NCBI RefSeq assembly: GCF_001194135.2
Contig: NC_068987.1
Coordinates: 104,811,200 to 104,875,199, forward strand
Length of the DNA stretch: 64,000 nt
From: Octopus bimaculoides
Lineage: Eukaryota
Direction of reading: 5' to 3'
The position numbers and the translations under genes are program-made. Below the pieces are notes generated by a model that searched no databases, had not been told where the DNA came from, and was given only the letters and a program-made list of their open reading frames with translations. Within the stretch, counting starts at the first letter, position 1. Each line of letters opens with the position of its first letter. Of the stretch, positions 52,239-64,000 are shown in pieces.

Positions 52239-53326
52239 CAAAAATGTTGAAAGTAAACCATGTCCAGCGTGAGAAATTACACCAGTATACGAAGTTTCAA
52301 ACTGTTTAGTTAAAAAAAATAATTTTTAAAAATCTGTGAGCTAATCTTAAAAAGGAGAAAGACACTTAATATAAAGTAGTCCTAGATACCGTAAAAAAAA
52401 AGGAAAGCTGGAATGGTCACGGTTGGCATACTAAAATATCATAACTCTACTCAACTGAGACTAAACAACAACAATTATTTACTCAGCTTTTTGTTTTACT
52501 TTTTTTTCTGTTTATACTAGCTGTATGGTTAAGAAACTCGCTTTGCAACCATGTGTGTTCGAGTTGAGTCCCACTTTCGGGTACCTTAGGCAAGTATCTT
52601 CTTCTATTACCCCGGGCCAACTAGTGCCTTGTGAGTGAGTCTAGTTGACGGAAACTGTTCGGAAGTCCATTCTGTGTGTGTGTGTTTATGCTAAACACTT
52701 GAAAGCTGATGCTGGTTTGTTTACGTTCCCGTAACTTAGCGGTTCTGTAAAAGACACTTAGATTATTCTGATATAAAGCAAAGAGTTAAGTGCTGAAACA
52801 AGTGAATGATAGAAAAATTTATATCCGCAGAAGTTTTCTCTTTCAATTTATCACTGTTCCTTCTCACCCCTTTACTTTTCACTATTTCGACTCGACTGCC
52901 CACTTCCTCCCCCTCATTCTACCTCTCTCTCTCTCTAAGTATGTATGTGTGTGTTTGACAACCCTTGTCACTTTCTTATACGAAGCAGTTCCTAGGGTCT
53001 GTGTAATGTTTCGCTTTGTCATTCATTGTTCTTGACGAACGTAAATACATTGTTCAATGTGCTTAAATACGTTTATGTACATAACGTTTTTAATACGCAG
53101 AAATACCAATTAACTATTGAATAGGTTTTCCAATACTTAACTTTTCTTTACGTAGGCAGTATTGTAGTTTATGATGAAACAGTTAATATTTTCAATCGCA
53201 GGGACATTACTCTTACACATAGTTACTTCCCTTGTAATATTTAGCAGAGCTGACAAAAATTTACTTCATAAATTAATCTAATAATTATATATTACATGCG
53301 TTATATATATATATATATATATAGGC

Positions 53327-53375
<49 letters not shown>

Positions 53376-54064
53376 GGCGCAAGAGTNNNNNNNNNNNNNN
53401 NNNNNNNNNNNNNNNNNNNNNNNNNNNNNNNNNNNNNNNNNNNNNNNNNNNNNNNNNNNNNNNNNNNNNNNNNNNNNNNNNNNNNNNNNNNNNNNNNNNN
53501 NNNNNNNNNNNNNNNNNNNNNNNNNNNNNNNNNNNNNNNNNNNNNNNNNNNNNNNNNNNNNNNNNNNNNNNNNNNNNNNNNNNNNNNNNNNNNNNNNNNN
53601 NNNNNNNNNNNNNNNNNNNNNNNNNNNNNNNNNNNNNNNNNNNNNNNNNNNNNNNNNNNNNNNNNNNNNNNNNNNNNNNNNNNNNNNNNNNNNNNNNNNN
53701 NNNNNNNNNNNNNNNNNNNNNNNNNNNNNNNNNNNNNNNNNNNNNNNNNNNNNNNNNNNNNNNNNNNNNNNNNNNNNNNNNNNNNNNNNNNNNNNNNNNN
53801 NNNNNNNNNNNNNNNNNNNNNNNNNNNNNNNNNNNNNNNNNNNNNNNNNNNNNNNNNNNNNNNNNNNNNNNNNNNNNNNNNNNNNNNNNNNNNNNNNNNN
53901 NNNNNNNNNNNNNNNNNNNNNNNNNNNNNNNNNNNNNNNNNNNNNNNNNNNNNNNNNNNNNNNNNNNNNNNNNNNNTATATATATATATATAAGGATTTA
54001 CTTTCCGTAATGAGATAAAAAGAAACCAAGGCTGTGTATATTTTAGAACATTTATAAATAGAAG

Positions 54065-54112
54065 GTCTTACAGCTGTATCCAGGATATTTATTATATTCC
54101 TTCATCAGAGAC
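54065..54112 (-). ncRNA. Hammerhead-like motif, core mutated
   Basis: Minus strand GTCT-CTGATGA-AGGA(atataataaata)TCCT-G-GATA-CAGCTG-TA-AGAC. Stem I GTCT/AGAC, stem II AGGA/TCCT, palindromic ACAGCTGT stem III; GAAA is changed to GATA. Confidence 0.5.
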
Positions 54113-55243
54113 GGTGTGAGAGGATGGTTAAGCAATAGTCAATTTAGATAAGATAGGAAATAGAGAGTGATGCAATAGTTTATTTAGTTAAGATAGGGAA
54201 ATAATTAATTTAGATAATTAATTAGGGCAATAATCAATTTAGACTCCTTATTCGCATAATCACCGAAGCCGGAGCTTAACTATGGTCTATCCATAGCACT
54301 TACTCAGCATTACCTGAAACCTCTGGGTCTAATTGACACCACTACCGCTCATAACCCCCAAATATATATACCATCTGAGAGGAATTTGCAGAAAATTTCA
54401 TGAAAAAATATTAATTTTTTGGAAGATTATGATGAAATAAAGTCATGGTAGCATTTGTGTAGGTTTACCGACCCTGTAAGTGATTGGCGGTAAGCGTTAG
54501 TTACAATAAGTATTATTCATTCCAGCATCTTCAAAACTATATCATTATTTCGTCTGTATTTTACATTTCATCTGTGAATATTGAATTTACAACGCTTCTT
54601 AAGATTAGAATCACAATACCTTTCTCTTTGCGATTAGGAAGACATTTACCTGAATGTGAATAACTCATCTTTCATCGGATAAAAATCCATCTTGTATACA
54701 AGAAGTAGGTATTACAAATTACAGTGTGTCATTCGTTTCAAAGTGGAGATTTATTGCTATTAATTTTTCAATTTCATTAGCCCAACTTTACTTTGCTTAA
54801 TATTTTCTCCCCCCACCTTCTCTCTCTCCCCACTTTTCTCTCCCCCTCTTGTCCCCCATCCTCTCTCTCTCTCTCTCTCTCACACACACAACTCGATAAA
54901 CTCCTTACTTTTCGCCCAATACGCCTCTTCAATGAGATAGCAAGATTGTGCACCACCCGGGATAGCTCTTCAGTTTGACGCCCACCCAGCCCCTAAGCCT
55001 ACACCGAATCACACCGTCCCCATAAAAGCATCTCCCTAGGTAGACCGCATCCTCACCTCTCCCCCCATACTCGGCTACCCTACTGCGTTTCCTAAACTTA
55101 TCTTCTCTTTTCTACTCTAGGCACAAGGCCCGAAATTTTGGGGGAGGGGGGGGCAGTCGATAAGACCCCAGTACGCAACTGGTACTTAATTTATCGACCT
55201 CGGCGGAATTTGAATATCTTCTCTTTCAAAATGATGGACTCAC

Positions 55244-55288
55244 CGTAATTCCAACGAAGGTTCTTTTGCTTTTCCATGTGTCCTACAT
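55244..55288 (-). CDS. Candidate 45-nt exon (phase 1-1) downstream of the Sushi exon
   Basis: CTATTTTAG| acceptor and strong TACG|GTGAGT donor; open as (x)VGHMEKQKNLRWNY. An alternative upstream acceptor (TTTTCAG| at 55419/55418) also stays open to the same donor. No homology recognised. Confidence 0.25.
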
Positions 55289-57039
55289 CTAAAATAGTCA
55301 TTTCATGCTGCAAATTTGTGCATTTCATGAACTTAATCATTAACAACTCTATTACAGAATATACATTGCTTTTTTTTTTACATGGAATATGCCATCTGTG
55401 GGTGCCAGACATTTTCTCCTGAAAATATATTAATATAGTATAATATAATATAATATGATATGATATAAAGCAAAGAGCACTGAAATTCCTTGCTATTCTT
55501 AAAGTAATTTTAACTGTTTATATACACAAAAATTCGTAGTTATGAAATGAGATTGCTTGGCTTGTAATTATGAAAACTGAACAAAATCAGTTATTTGTTA
55601 ATTGACACATCTCATTAAATCATTTGATTTTGCCAATAAAGGTAGTAAGGTTGAGAGAACGTAGTTTCATCTTAGACCTAGCGGTGTGTTGTGTTCTGGT
55701 GTAAAACACTTCATCTTGCGTTGCTCTGCGATCATTTCGACATCTGACGTATAGTACACCGTGTTCCTGTCCAAGCAACGTCGATTTGAAGGAGAAAATG
55801 AGATCAAATAGAATGCATACATTTGTTCGCTATAAGCAAAATCATTTGAGTTGATTGTTCAGTTAGAAATTGCAGCATCCTCTCTCTCGCACCACGAGAG
55901 ACAACATCATAATTATTATTAGGGTAGCGAAAGGCGGTGAGCTGGCAGAATCGTTAGTGCGCTGGGCAAAACGCTTAGCGGTATTTCGCCTGCCGTTACA
56001 TTCTAAGTTCAAATTCCGCCGAGGTCGACTTTGCCTTTCATCTTTCGGGGTCGATAAAATAACTACCACTTGCCTAATATGGTCGATCTAATCGACTGGC
56101 CCCCTCCCCCAAACATTTCAGGCCTTGTGCCTATAGTAGAAAGGTTTATTAAAGCGGTGAGCTATCAGAATCGTGAGCACGTCGGACAAACTGCTTAGCG
56201 GCATTTCTACCGGCTTTTGACGTTCTGAGCTCAAATCCTGCCGAGATCAACTTTGCCCTTCATCCTTTCGGGGTCGATAAAATAATGTACCCTTTGAGAT
56301 CGATATAATCAACTTACTCCCTGCCCTGAAAATGCTGCCCTTCCGCCAAAATTTAAAACAATTATTATAATATTTGCAACTGAAAGATGTCGTTTCGGGA
56401 CGAATTTTGCTGCTTCGAAGAAAATGATTTTAGTTTTTGTGGTATTATTTTGTTATTTAAGCAAGGAGCATCTTCTGAGGTTAGTCGGCTTTGTGGAATT
56501 TTCACCACATGGGAGTAAATTCTGGAATTTTTGACAGCGAATTTAAAGACCTAAAAGGATATGGATTTGCAGATCAAGGGGACACTTAGCTGTTCTGACA
56601 GCCAATACATTATTAATTTTCCACTATTACCAGCTAACAGAGAATGTATGAACAACAATAGCAGTGACAACAACAACAACAACCAGAATGGAAAAACAGG
56701 AAGAAGAAAACTAAATTGTCGATTCAACACACCTGCAAATTCCACTACCACCATTAGCACCAACATAAAAATTAGAACACGACGATTGACCCGTCTAACG
56801 TCGGTGGATTTGCCGACGTAGTGTGTAGAATTTATACAGTTATCGACGACTCAAGATTTTTAAAATGCCAAAAACTTCCTTCCGAGGTTTGATTGTAATA
56901 TGGAATTAAAGATACAACAATCCGTCCGACAAGAAACATAAACAAATAGCCGTAACTTATAGATCCTCGAGAATAAAAGTAGTGTGACACAGCAAGCGAC
57001 ACGGTAGCAAATAGAAAAGTACCTCAGACCAATATGGGG

Positions 57040-57750
57040 CACAAAACCTACATTGCTAGTAGAAGTGGGATTTCCGACAGAAGATGAGGTGAGGAAGCAC
57101 TCCAGAGCAATCTGCCTTGGCCGTCGTGTAGTAGGAGTAAAGATAGTTGATGTGCTCCCAGAGGTAAACGTCTGTGGGTTGGTGGTAGTAGTCCTCTTCG
57201 ATATAGCGGGGAAAAACTAATATTCTGCAAGTCTATTATAGGCTGCAGACACAAAATTGGTTAAGACAAGGATGGATATATTGATTGAAACATATCAAGA
57301 AACTTATACAATTTATTCTGGATGTGATCAGTCTACCAGACGGCAGAAAAGTGTACATGGCCATCGAGGGTAGAGAGCTACACACCACCGCAAGGCTTTC
57401 TTTCCACAGCAAAGGAGAGATGTGGAGACATACACCGTTGGTGGTCTCATCTGAGCTTTGAGGAAAACCAGTAATGGTTAAGGGGCTGAAGTATTTACTG
57501 ATACGGAAGAGAAAGCAAGTCTTTGAGATGCAGCCTTAGCTACAATAATGGCGTTCATTTGCCATGAAAGATCCCTATTGATAGGAGAAGCGGAGTTTTC
57601 GAGGTGATCGCTAAGACTCTATTTGCGCGCTGCTCATGTCCAGAGGGGATGAGGTACGATAATGTTTTCTATATGAGCAGTACTTTTGTTTTAGCTGAGT
57701 TGATTCGAGCAACGTGTGCTTGCATTACTAAAATTAAGCAAAACAGAGCA
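57040..57750 (-). mobile_element. L2/CR1-group LINE fragment, highly degenerate
   Basis: Minus-strand remnants GDLSW (57562-57575), RISKYFSPL, LKAQMRP and a 3' RLLWS(LP)-like motif across frameshifts. Confidence 0.55.
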
Positions 57751-57980
57751 AATGTTGAGTAAAAGAGAAGGACGGTAGAAGCAGAAAAGTTATTACCAAA
57801 ATTGTAAACAACTAAACTTGATATGTGCATTATAGAAAAATTCTACTGCTTTGAATTCTATGGAAAAAATATCTCCTACATGTATCATATACCCTATTAA
57901 TCTCATAATTATTTAATAATTACGGAGATGTACTTGCATAGCAAGTGACCTGATCTGAGATCGTGTGCTGGAACGAAAAC

Positions 57981-58231
57981 AATTGCAGCGTAGGTGTTTA
58001 TAAGCCATTTAAGAAACACACAAAGCCCGTTAGATTCACTTCAACATTTAGATTTAATTTTCCAAAATATTTTCGTCGCTTTGACAAGATTCCGTGATGC
58101 ATCTCCAGTGAACAGGTCGCGGTCTCAAAGCGACGAAAATATTTTGGAAAATTAAATTTAAATGTTGAAGTGAATCTAACGGTTTTTGTGTGTTTCTTAC
58201 ATGGCTTATAAACACCTTCCACGCTGCAATT
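57981..58231. mobile_element. Foldback/MITE-like element with arms of about 105 bp
   Basis: AATTGCAGCG...TTTTCGTCGCTTTGA / TCAAAGCGACGAAAA...CGCTGCAATT. Confidence 0.8.
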
Positions 58232-58504
58232 ATTTAATAATTAATCTCAATATAAAGATTAGTTTACTCCAAAAAAAAAAGTGATGTTTACTTACAAAAA
58301 TAAAGACGCCACGGTAAAGACTTTCCCCAAAAAACTAATATTGGTTGAGATCTGGAAGTATGCAGTGAGTACGGATATATTGGTTTCATTTGATGTCGCA
58401 GAGGATATTCTGGAAATAATAGTAATAAGAATAAGTATTTCACAGTCACTACAAGCATTTAATTGATAAAATTGTTTCTAGGATTTCTTGTTGACAACTT
58501 ATTA

Positions 58505-58742
58505 CAGTAATCCCTTAATTATCGCGGGTGTTATGTTAAAAAAAAACCCGTGATAGGTGAAAATCCGCGAAGTAGAAACAGTAATGTACTGTATGTATTT
58601 TTTTTATTATTTTCATAATTTGTATACATTTAGCTTATTATAAATGCAAAATAACACCACAGAGGAATCGACGTAAGCTTAAATGATAAACAGCGTTAGA
58701 TGAACCGCGTTAGATGAACCGCGATATAGCGAGAGATTACTG
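58505..58742. mobile_element. pogo/Tigger-type MITE
   Basis: CAGTAATCCCTTAATTATCGCGG ... CCGCGATATAGCGAGAGATTACTG with TA on both sides. Confidence 0.75.
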
Positions 58743-59213
58743 TATAATTGTATTTTTTACATGGAGAACTATTGTCATTAACCTCTTGTTATTTATTCGT
58801 TGGCAACAATGACTGAGAAAAACTACGATCGAAAGTTTTCCATCCATGACTTTCCTGTATTTCGAAGAATTTTTTTCGGATTACGTCATTCAGTGGACCC
58901 TTCCTTGTTTAAGATATCTTACCACGAACTTCTTGGTGCTGGTGACATTGTCTAGCTCTGAACGAGCAGACCCATGTTCAATGATACTCCAGCCACTTTA
59001 GCTGAACCGCTAAACTATGGAGAAGTTGATCTGTTTTCGTCCCCATAACTTAGCGGTTCGGCTAAAGTAACCGATAGAATAAATACCGGAGTTAAAGTTA
59101 AATACTGGGGTCAATTTGTTCCACTAAACACTACAAGCTGATGCTCCAGAAAGGCCGCAGTCCAATAACTGAAACAAGTAAAAGATAAAAAATAATAGAC
59201 TAAAAATTCTTAC

Positions 59214-59411
59214 TTCTACAATAGCGCTGTCCTGGTGAATCCCATTTGACTATCGTCTTGAACAAATAGTGTATCGTTCGGCATTTCATCTGTGATGGAC
59301 CAACAAGGTAATAGTTGCGTCTGCATCTTATGTAGACCGTCGATCCGGAGTTGTAATTTTTGCCAAGAATATAACCATTGTCAGGAATCAACGGCTTTGG
59401 ACATAGGTGAT
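59214..59411 (-). CDS. Internal exon encoding one Sushi/CCP (SCR) domain
   Basis: Acceptor TTCCTTTATTGGCAG| and donor AGAA|GTAAGA bound a 198-nt, stop-free, phase 1-1 exon: (D)HLCPKPLIPDNGYILGKNYNSGSTVYIRCRRNYYLVGPSQMKCRTIHYLFKTIVKWDSPGQRYCR. It has the four Cys, the C-x2-P, NG, GY/NY-L-G and conserved W of the Sushi fold. Confidence 0.82.
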
Positions 59412-59454
59412 CTGCCAATAAAGGAATGAAAAATGTGCTCAAAATATACATACA

Positions 59455-59614
59455 GCAAGAGTAGCTGTGTGGTAAGTAGCTTGGTTACTAACCACATGGT
59501 TCCGGGTTCAGTTCCACTGCGTGGCATCTTGGGCAAATGTCTTCTACTTTAGCCACGGGCCGACCAAAGCCTTGTGAGTGGATTTGGTAGACGGAAACTG
59601 AAAGACGTACGTCG

Positions 59615-59655
<41 letters not shown>

Positions 59656-59809
59656 CACTTGACAACCGATGCTGGTGTGTTTATGTTCCCGTCACTTAGC
59701 GGTTTGGCAAAAGTGACCGATAGAATAAGTACTAGGCTTACAAATAATAAGTCCTGGGGTCGATTTGCTCCAGCATGGCCGCAGTCAAATGACTGAAACA
59801 AATAAAAGA
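59455..59809 (+). mobile_element. SINE family A, full-length, immediately 5' of the Sushi exon acceptor
   Basis: Same head, microsatellite and tail consensus; CpGs largely retained. Confidence 0.85.
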
Positions 59810-59919
59810 AAAGAATAATACATACATATGTATATATGTACGTATGTGTGTGAGTGCGTGCGTGTGTGCGTGCGTGCGTGCGTGCGTGCGTGCGTACGTA
59901 TGTATGATCTATACAGCCC

Positions 59920-60783
59920 CAAAACAGCTGGGCTCTCTTACCTCAGAGAAGACCGGGATGGAAAGCACTCAGCATACAAAAAAAGACCATGCATGGGTAT
60001 GTTACCCGGAATCTTGAAGAAGACAGCAGAATTGACATGAAGTGCAGCCTCTCTTGGGCACTAGATCACTACATCACATCACATCACATTTTGAGGGCTA
60101 TGCGTTTGCAATCCAGGAATAGAGGATTGCCACAAAGTACCTGGTGAATAAGAGCAGTGATGTTCTTGTAATCCCAAGATGCAACCGCATGTGTAGGCTG
60201 TGTCATGTTTCTGTGGAAGACATTATGCATGTGATTAGCAGCTGTCCTAAAATGTCATCATGGTACTGCCACCCTATGTGACACGATGTTGTTGCTAAAA
60301 CAATTTACAATGCCATCCACAAAAAAGACTGTCCTGAAATAAACTTAGAAAACCCCTCTATTATGGAATACATTCATAAACACCAACTCAAGGAATATTG
60401 GTGGAATATTTCCATCAAAATTTCTATCAAAAGTAAACATAACAGGCCAGATATTGTTGCTTGGAACAGAAGGGCAAAGGTATGTACCATCATAGAGGTT
60501 GGCTGCCCTGCAGATATAAATATCTCTTTGAAAATCAAAGCAAAAGAGGATATCTAAGGACAACTGCTTCAAAACCTCCAGCTTCTATATCCAGACTATG
60601 AATTCATATTCAAACCAATAATAATTGGAGCACTAGGTTTTGCTAGTAAATGCTTAAAGGAAAATCTGGATAAACTGGGATTTTTAGAAAGAGAAATTTG
60701 ACTGGCTGATTAGTTCATTACAAGTGGAATCTGTGAGTGGAACAGTAAAAATAAACAAGACTTTTTTCAAGTTCCAAATGTGA
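59920..60783 (+). mobile_element. R4/Dong-like non-LTR retrotransposon 3' fragment (CCHC knuckle plus REL endonuclease)
   Basis: MHGY, FEGYAFAIQE, CRLCHVSVEDIMHVISSCP, HDVVAK, WWNISI...HNRPDIVAW...IIEVGCP, PIIIGALG; in-frame stops present. Confidence 0.8.
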
Positions 60784-60924
60784 ATTTGTCTGTGTTAACT
60801 ACATCCCAAAGATGGAGCCTTGTATCTTTGTTGGAAACCGACTCCCTTCTCAGCGGATGATTTATAATAATTAAAAAATAGAAGGGACATACATACATCA
60901 GTCGTTCAGGAGGTTAACGGTTGC

Positions 60925-61159
60925 TCTGAACGAGATTGGTCTTCAAGCGACAAGTGACAATTCCTAAAGCATAGAAACCTCTCATGAACTTGTGTGTTGC
61001 TCATGACAACGTTCTTGTAAGCTGTTTGAAGTATGACAACTGTTTCGGCCGCCGTTTTCTCCAGCAGAAAACAGAATTCCTTCTTTTAACAGCGGAAACC
61101 TGAACTACAACGGGCTTGTCCCACAGACAACTTTTCCGGTTATTTTGGGGTATCCCTTG
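60925..61159 (-). mobile_element. Mariner 5' fragment (TIR plus HTH)
   Basis: CFLLEKTAAETVVILQTAYKNVVMSNTQVHERFLCFRNCHLSLEDQSRS; the end reads TA-CAAGGGATACCCCAAAATAACCGG. Confidence 0.75.
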
Positions 61160-61175
61160 TACATACATACATACA

Positions 61176-61207
<32 letters not shown>

Positions 61208-61619
61208 GATAGTTCGGGAAAATCCGTATCTAAGATATACCGTTACATACATTTTGTAAAGAAGGTAAGGAACATGTTTATTACTATACTGTCAATAAAT
61301 AGATATAGATTTTCTATTTCCACAACAAACACTTGCTTTAAGACGCATGCGTTAAATCTTGAGAGAGAAAATCAAGCAAGCGCTAAAGGCACGCGCACGC
61401 ATACTTATACACATACACACACAATCGAACACAATAGAGCGCTACTAGCGTACGCACATATATACTTGCCTTCCACGCTCACACACAAATACACATATGC
61501 AGCTAATTGTCGTCTGTGCTTATGTACATATATATATACGCACGTATGTGTAAGAGTGTGCATGAGTACACGTACCGAAAGCGTTCGTTTGAATTTCTCT
61601 CTCTCTCTCTCTGTCTACA

Positions 61620-61650
<31 letters not shown>

Positions 61651-61864
61651 TTATCTACCTCTATCTTTCCCCCCACCTACGCGCACATTTTTATCACGGT
61701 ATGACAGACTTTTTACACCACAGGAATCTATATAGCGCTTTGATATAATAAACACAGTATAAGAATGTGTGTGTGTGTGTGTGTGTGTAAGCATGTACGG
61801 CTTTTTACTCTTGCCGTGCCGGATATAGGTACAATATAAATACTTGCATACATGCAAGCAAACA

Positions 61865-61895
<31 letters not shown>

Positions 61896-62014
61896 GCGCG
61901 CCTACATGCTTGCTTGTATAAGTATGTCGGCTTAGGAAAATGATTGCGTGTGAATATGAATATATGTATATATGAATGTGTATATATATATATATGTGAG
62001 CGTGTGTGTATGTG

Positions 62015-62067
<53 letters not shown>

Positions 62068-62425
62068 CTATTTGAAATGTAAATTGCACGACAAGTGACC
62101 TTATTTAGAACTCCATGTGTATTCCCGTATGTCAAAACGGAAACTGTGAAGAGGATTTGTCTTACAGCCCACGTATCATTTGGTTGGAATCCGCATTGAT
62201 TATGTCACAGAGTACAAAACGGAAAACAAAATAGGAGAGATTGTTTATAATATATTTTATTACACCATCTATATTTATACGTATTTATATGGAAATATAT
62301 CTGCGTATGTGTATGTGTGTAAGTATATGTACGTATGTGTGTACATCTGTATGTTGTATATGTGCATATATATATATATATATACAGACACACACACACA
62401 CACACGCACATATACACACGCACAT

Positions 62426-62459
<34 letters not shown>

Positions 62460-62655
62460 GTATGTATATGATAGGATTGCTTCAATATTTCAGGGGTAGT
62501 CTGAAGTATCTAAGCAACCAGTAATTGTTTCTACTCTCGGCACAAGGCCTTGAAAATTTGGAGGGGAGAGGGATAGTCGATTACATTGAACCCAGTGCAT
62601 AACTGGTACTTATTTCATCGACCCCAAAAGGATGAAAGAGAAAGTCGACCTCGGC

Positions 62656-63490
62656 GTCACCCAATTAGTAATGCGGTTTTTTCAATTGCATGAATTAAAA
62701 ATCGGAGGGAGACAAGAGAAAGTATCTGCATCAACTTGCTATAAAAGCAGTTGTAATTTTACCTCTTCCTTATTCTTTGTACAAGTTTTGAAGAGAACGG
62801 ATCGATTTTACTAGTTATTTTTTCAAAGCTATAACAGAAGTGACAAAGGAACATATTCAGTATATTTTGCTTTATGTGTTCAATAAAGGCAACAACGCAA
62901 CGGAAAGTGCGAGGAACATTAATGCAGTATATGGACATCGGACAATAAGCGTAAGCCAGTGTCAACGGTGGTTCCAGAAATTCAGAGCCGGAAACTACAG
63001 TCTAGAAGACAAGCCTCGTCCTGGAAGATCTGTAAAGCTCGACGAGGACGTCCTGTAAACCCCGGTGGAACAAAATCTTATCGTAACTGTTGAGGAACCA
63101 GCAGAGAAGCTTGGATTTGGTCATTCAACTATTCATTGACTCCTACGTAACATCGGAAAAGTCAGCAAATTGGGTCAATGTGTTCTTCACAAACTATTCG
63201 AGTCTAATCGCGCACGGAGAGTGAATGTGTGCCCTTCTTTGCTGCCATGTCTCACGAATGAACCTTTTTTGGACCGAATAGTGACTGGCGGCGAGAAATG
63301 GGTTCTCTATAAAAATGTCAAGCGCCGAAGACAGAGTGGGTAAGGAAAGGAGAAATACCGGCACCCCAGGATAAAGGTCTTCACCCACGTAAGGTGATGT
63401 TATCGGTTCGGTGGGATATGAAAGGTTTAGTCCACTTTGAACTTTAAAAATGAAACCAAACGATAACAAAGGAGATCTACTACGAGCAAA
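62656..63490 (+). mobile_element. Mariner transposase pseudogene (5' two-thirds)
   Basis: MTKEHIQYILLYVFNKGNNATESARNINAVYG...CQRWFQKFRAGNYSLEDKPRPGR (HTH), then after a stop GKVSKLGQCVLHKL (WVPHEL-like) and FLDRIVTGGEKW with the first catalytic Asp changed to Gly. Left TIR remnant GTCACCCAATTAGTAATGCGG. Confidence 0.9.
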
Positions 63491-63676
63491 TCCATTTTAT
63501 CCATTTTCCCGCTTTCAGCCTTGTGTGTAATTTGAAGTTGTCTTTTAGAGTCTTTTGACGTCTATTTCTGGCGTGTAGGTGCTGTTTCTTAATACGCTTA
63601 ATTGTATTTCTATTTACATAATTATCGGTGAGAATGGTTTTGTTATACGGTGCCGAGGTTTACAATCCTGTAAATA

Positions 63677-63890
63677 ATAATAATAATGGTATTTATATAA
63701 GCTTATAGCGATCACTGTGCAATGACTAAGAAAAATAGTCTAATAATGGGGCCTATAAGCCCTCGACAGAAAAAAGTAGCCTACTTTTTATGTCGATTTG
63801 CTTCTATGCCCCATTATTAGACCATTTTCTTTAGTCATTGCACGGTGATCGCTATAAGCTTTAAGCTTATATAAATACCATTGTTATTAT
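63677..63890. mobile_element. Nearly fully palindromic foldback element
   Basis: ATAATAATAATGGTATTT...TAATAATGGGGC / GCCCCATTATTAG...AAATACCATTGTTATTAT, plus an inner TCGACA-GAAAAAAGTAG/CTACTTTTTA-TGTCGA stem. Confidence 0.8.
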
Positions 63891-64000
63891 ATAATTATAT
63901 ATTTATATTAATGCTTACCTATATGTTTTTTTACATGCTGGCCACTAATGAGATCATTAATTGATTTTACCTTTAATTATGTGTCTATCTATCTATCTAT

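Noticed and set aside
56733-56766. MLVLMVVVEFA|G signal-peptide-like exon on the minus strand
   Set aside because: Short, weak GTGTGT donor, lies downstream of the Sushi exon so cannot be its leader, and has no linked exons.
62110-62182. Plus-strand SMCIPVCQNGNCEEDL resembling an EGF-like repeat start
   Set aside because: Only three Cys; the remaining EGF cysteines and a good donor are missing.
1-64000. CRISPR array, rRNA or prokaryotic/viral operon
   Set aside because: No repeat-spacer arrays, rRNA motifs or dense ORFs; the tandem repeats have no unique spacers.

Overview
AT-rich, repeat-dense eukaryotic DNA with many N gaps. The tRNA-derived SINE families, RTE/R4/L2-type LINE fragments and microsatellite load suggest a coleoid cephalopod, probably an Octopus draft assembly (inference). 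Two host coding exons are well supported, both on the minus strand. One is the first coding exon of an inverted-formin-2 (INF2)-like gene (29487-29982). The other is a symmetric phase 1-1 Sushi/CCP-domain exon (59214-59411) of an unidentified gene. The rest is decayed LINEs, mariner/pogo/piggyBac-type MITEs, SINEs, foldback elements and simple repeats. The most notable observations are four hammerhead-ribozyme-like motifs with palindromic stem III in different repeat contexts, one in a tRNA-headed element present as an inverted pair, and a sharp CpG-depletion boundary near 28.8 kb that looks like the gene-body methylation footprint of the INF2-like gene. No CRISPR array, rRNA or credible tRNA gene was seen. 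All analysis was by eye, and repeat boundaries are approximate unless a TSD or splice site is quoted.
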